This document shows, piece by piece, positions 63,817 to 64,000 of a stretch of DNA of 64,000 nt. Each line of letters opens with the position of its first letter. The first letter of the stretch is position 1. Source of the DNA: Sulfurospirillaceae bacterium (GTDB lineage: Bacteria; Campylobacterota; Campylobacteria; Campylobacterales; Sulfurospirillaceae); NCBI GenBank assembly GCA_028684065.1, contig JAQUGO010000007.1, positions 39,507 through 103,506 of the forward strand, in the 5' to 3' direction. A program made the translations under genes and the position numbers. The notes under the pieces are model-generated. The model did no database searches. It had not been told where the DNA came from and saw only the letters and a program-made list of their open reading frames with translations.

Positions 63817-64000
63817 ATGTTTGAAGCAACCACCATTCTAGCGTGTCGTGGTAAAAATCGTGCCGTTATCGGTGGTGACGGTCAAGTGACCTTTGGCAAT
63901 ACCGTTTTAAAAAACAATGCAACAAAAATTCGAAAAATATACAATGGCAAAATTTTAGCGGGTTTCGCAGGTAGTACAGCAGATGCTTTTAATCTCTTTG
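63817..64000 (+). CDS. hslV: ATP-dependent protease subunit HslV, 5' part only
   Basis: My own translation: [61 protein letters not shown]. Open to the window edge. Confidence 0.85.
   Translation, partial: MFEATTILACRGKNRAVIGGDGQVTFGNTVLKNNATKIRKIYNGKILAGFAGSTADAFNLF

Noticed and set aside
1-64000. CRISPR arrays, rRNA genes, IS elements or transposases, reverse transcriptases or retrons, an integrase
   Set aside because: I looked for regularly spaced direct repeats, DDE or tyrosine/serine recombinase motifs and RT motifs (YxDD) in the ORF translations and intergenic regions. I found none. The only repeats are those listed as features.

Overview
This is an AT-rich window. Gene content and composition suggest a Campylobacterota (epsilonproteobacterial) chromosome, but that is inference only.

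**Core region (about 54.6-64 kb).** Ordinary housekeeping genes: FAD oxidoreductase, bpt, a J-domain protein, rpoN, lptB, tsaE, trpD, an S4-domain protein, argG, a rhodanese, rplI, and the 5' end of hslV.

**Accessory region (1 to about 53.46 kb).** This reads as one large island, almost all on the minus strand.
- The right edge coincides with a 20-nt tRNA-3'-end-like sequence (53441..53460), preceded by short tandem repeats.
- The right-hand 8 kb is a mobilisable-element backbone: a PIF1/RecD-type helicase with a relaxase-like N-terminus, ParA, a replisome-organiser-like protein, AlpA, an excisionase-type HTH, a cI-like repressor and HigBA.
- No integrase lies inside the window.

**Defence cargo, left to right.**
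- A ShosTA-like PRTase + DprA pair with an extra HAD gene.
- A DUF4062-like/NACHT-like/TPR STAND NTPase.
- A SLOG + TPR-like pair.
- An 8-gene operon with five metallophosphoesterases and a coupling-protein-like ATPase.
- A DISARM class-1-like module: SNF2, an N6A methylase, and a DEAD helicase fused to DUF1998 and DUF559.
- A minimal CBASS-like module: a SMODS/CD-NTase plus a 2TM-beta effector.
- A Lamassu (Cap4-nuclease type) triad tightly coupled to a DUF2779 nuclease and a WYL regulator.
- An SbcCD pair.

**Most unusual observations.**
- The palindrome TTACATGTAA occurs 13 times. Eleven of the 12 coding copies are read L-H-V.
- An inverted pair of about 67-nt divergent-promoter/leader modules brackets the STAND gene.
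- The phosphoesterase-rich operon.
- The extended Lamassu operon.

No CRISPR array, rRNA or intact tRNA was seen. All family names come from motif recognition by eye, not from searches.
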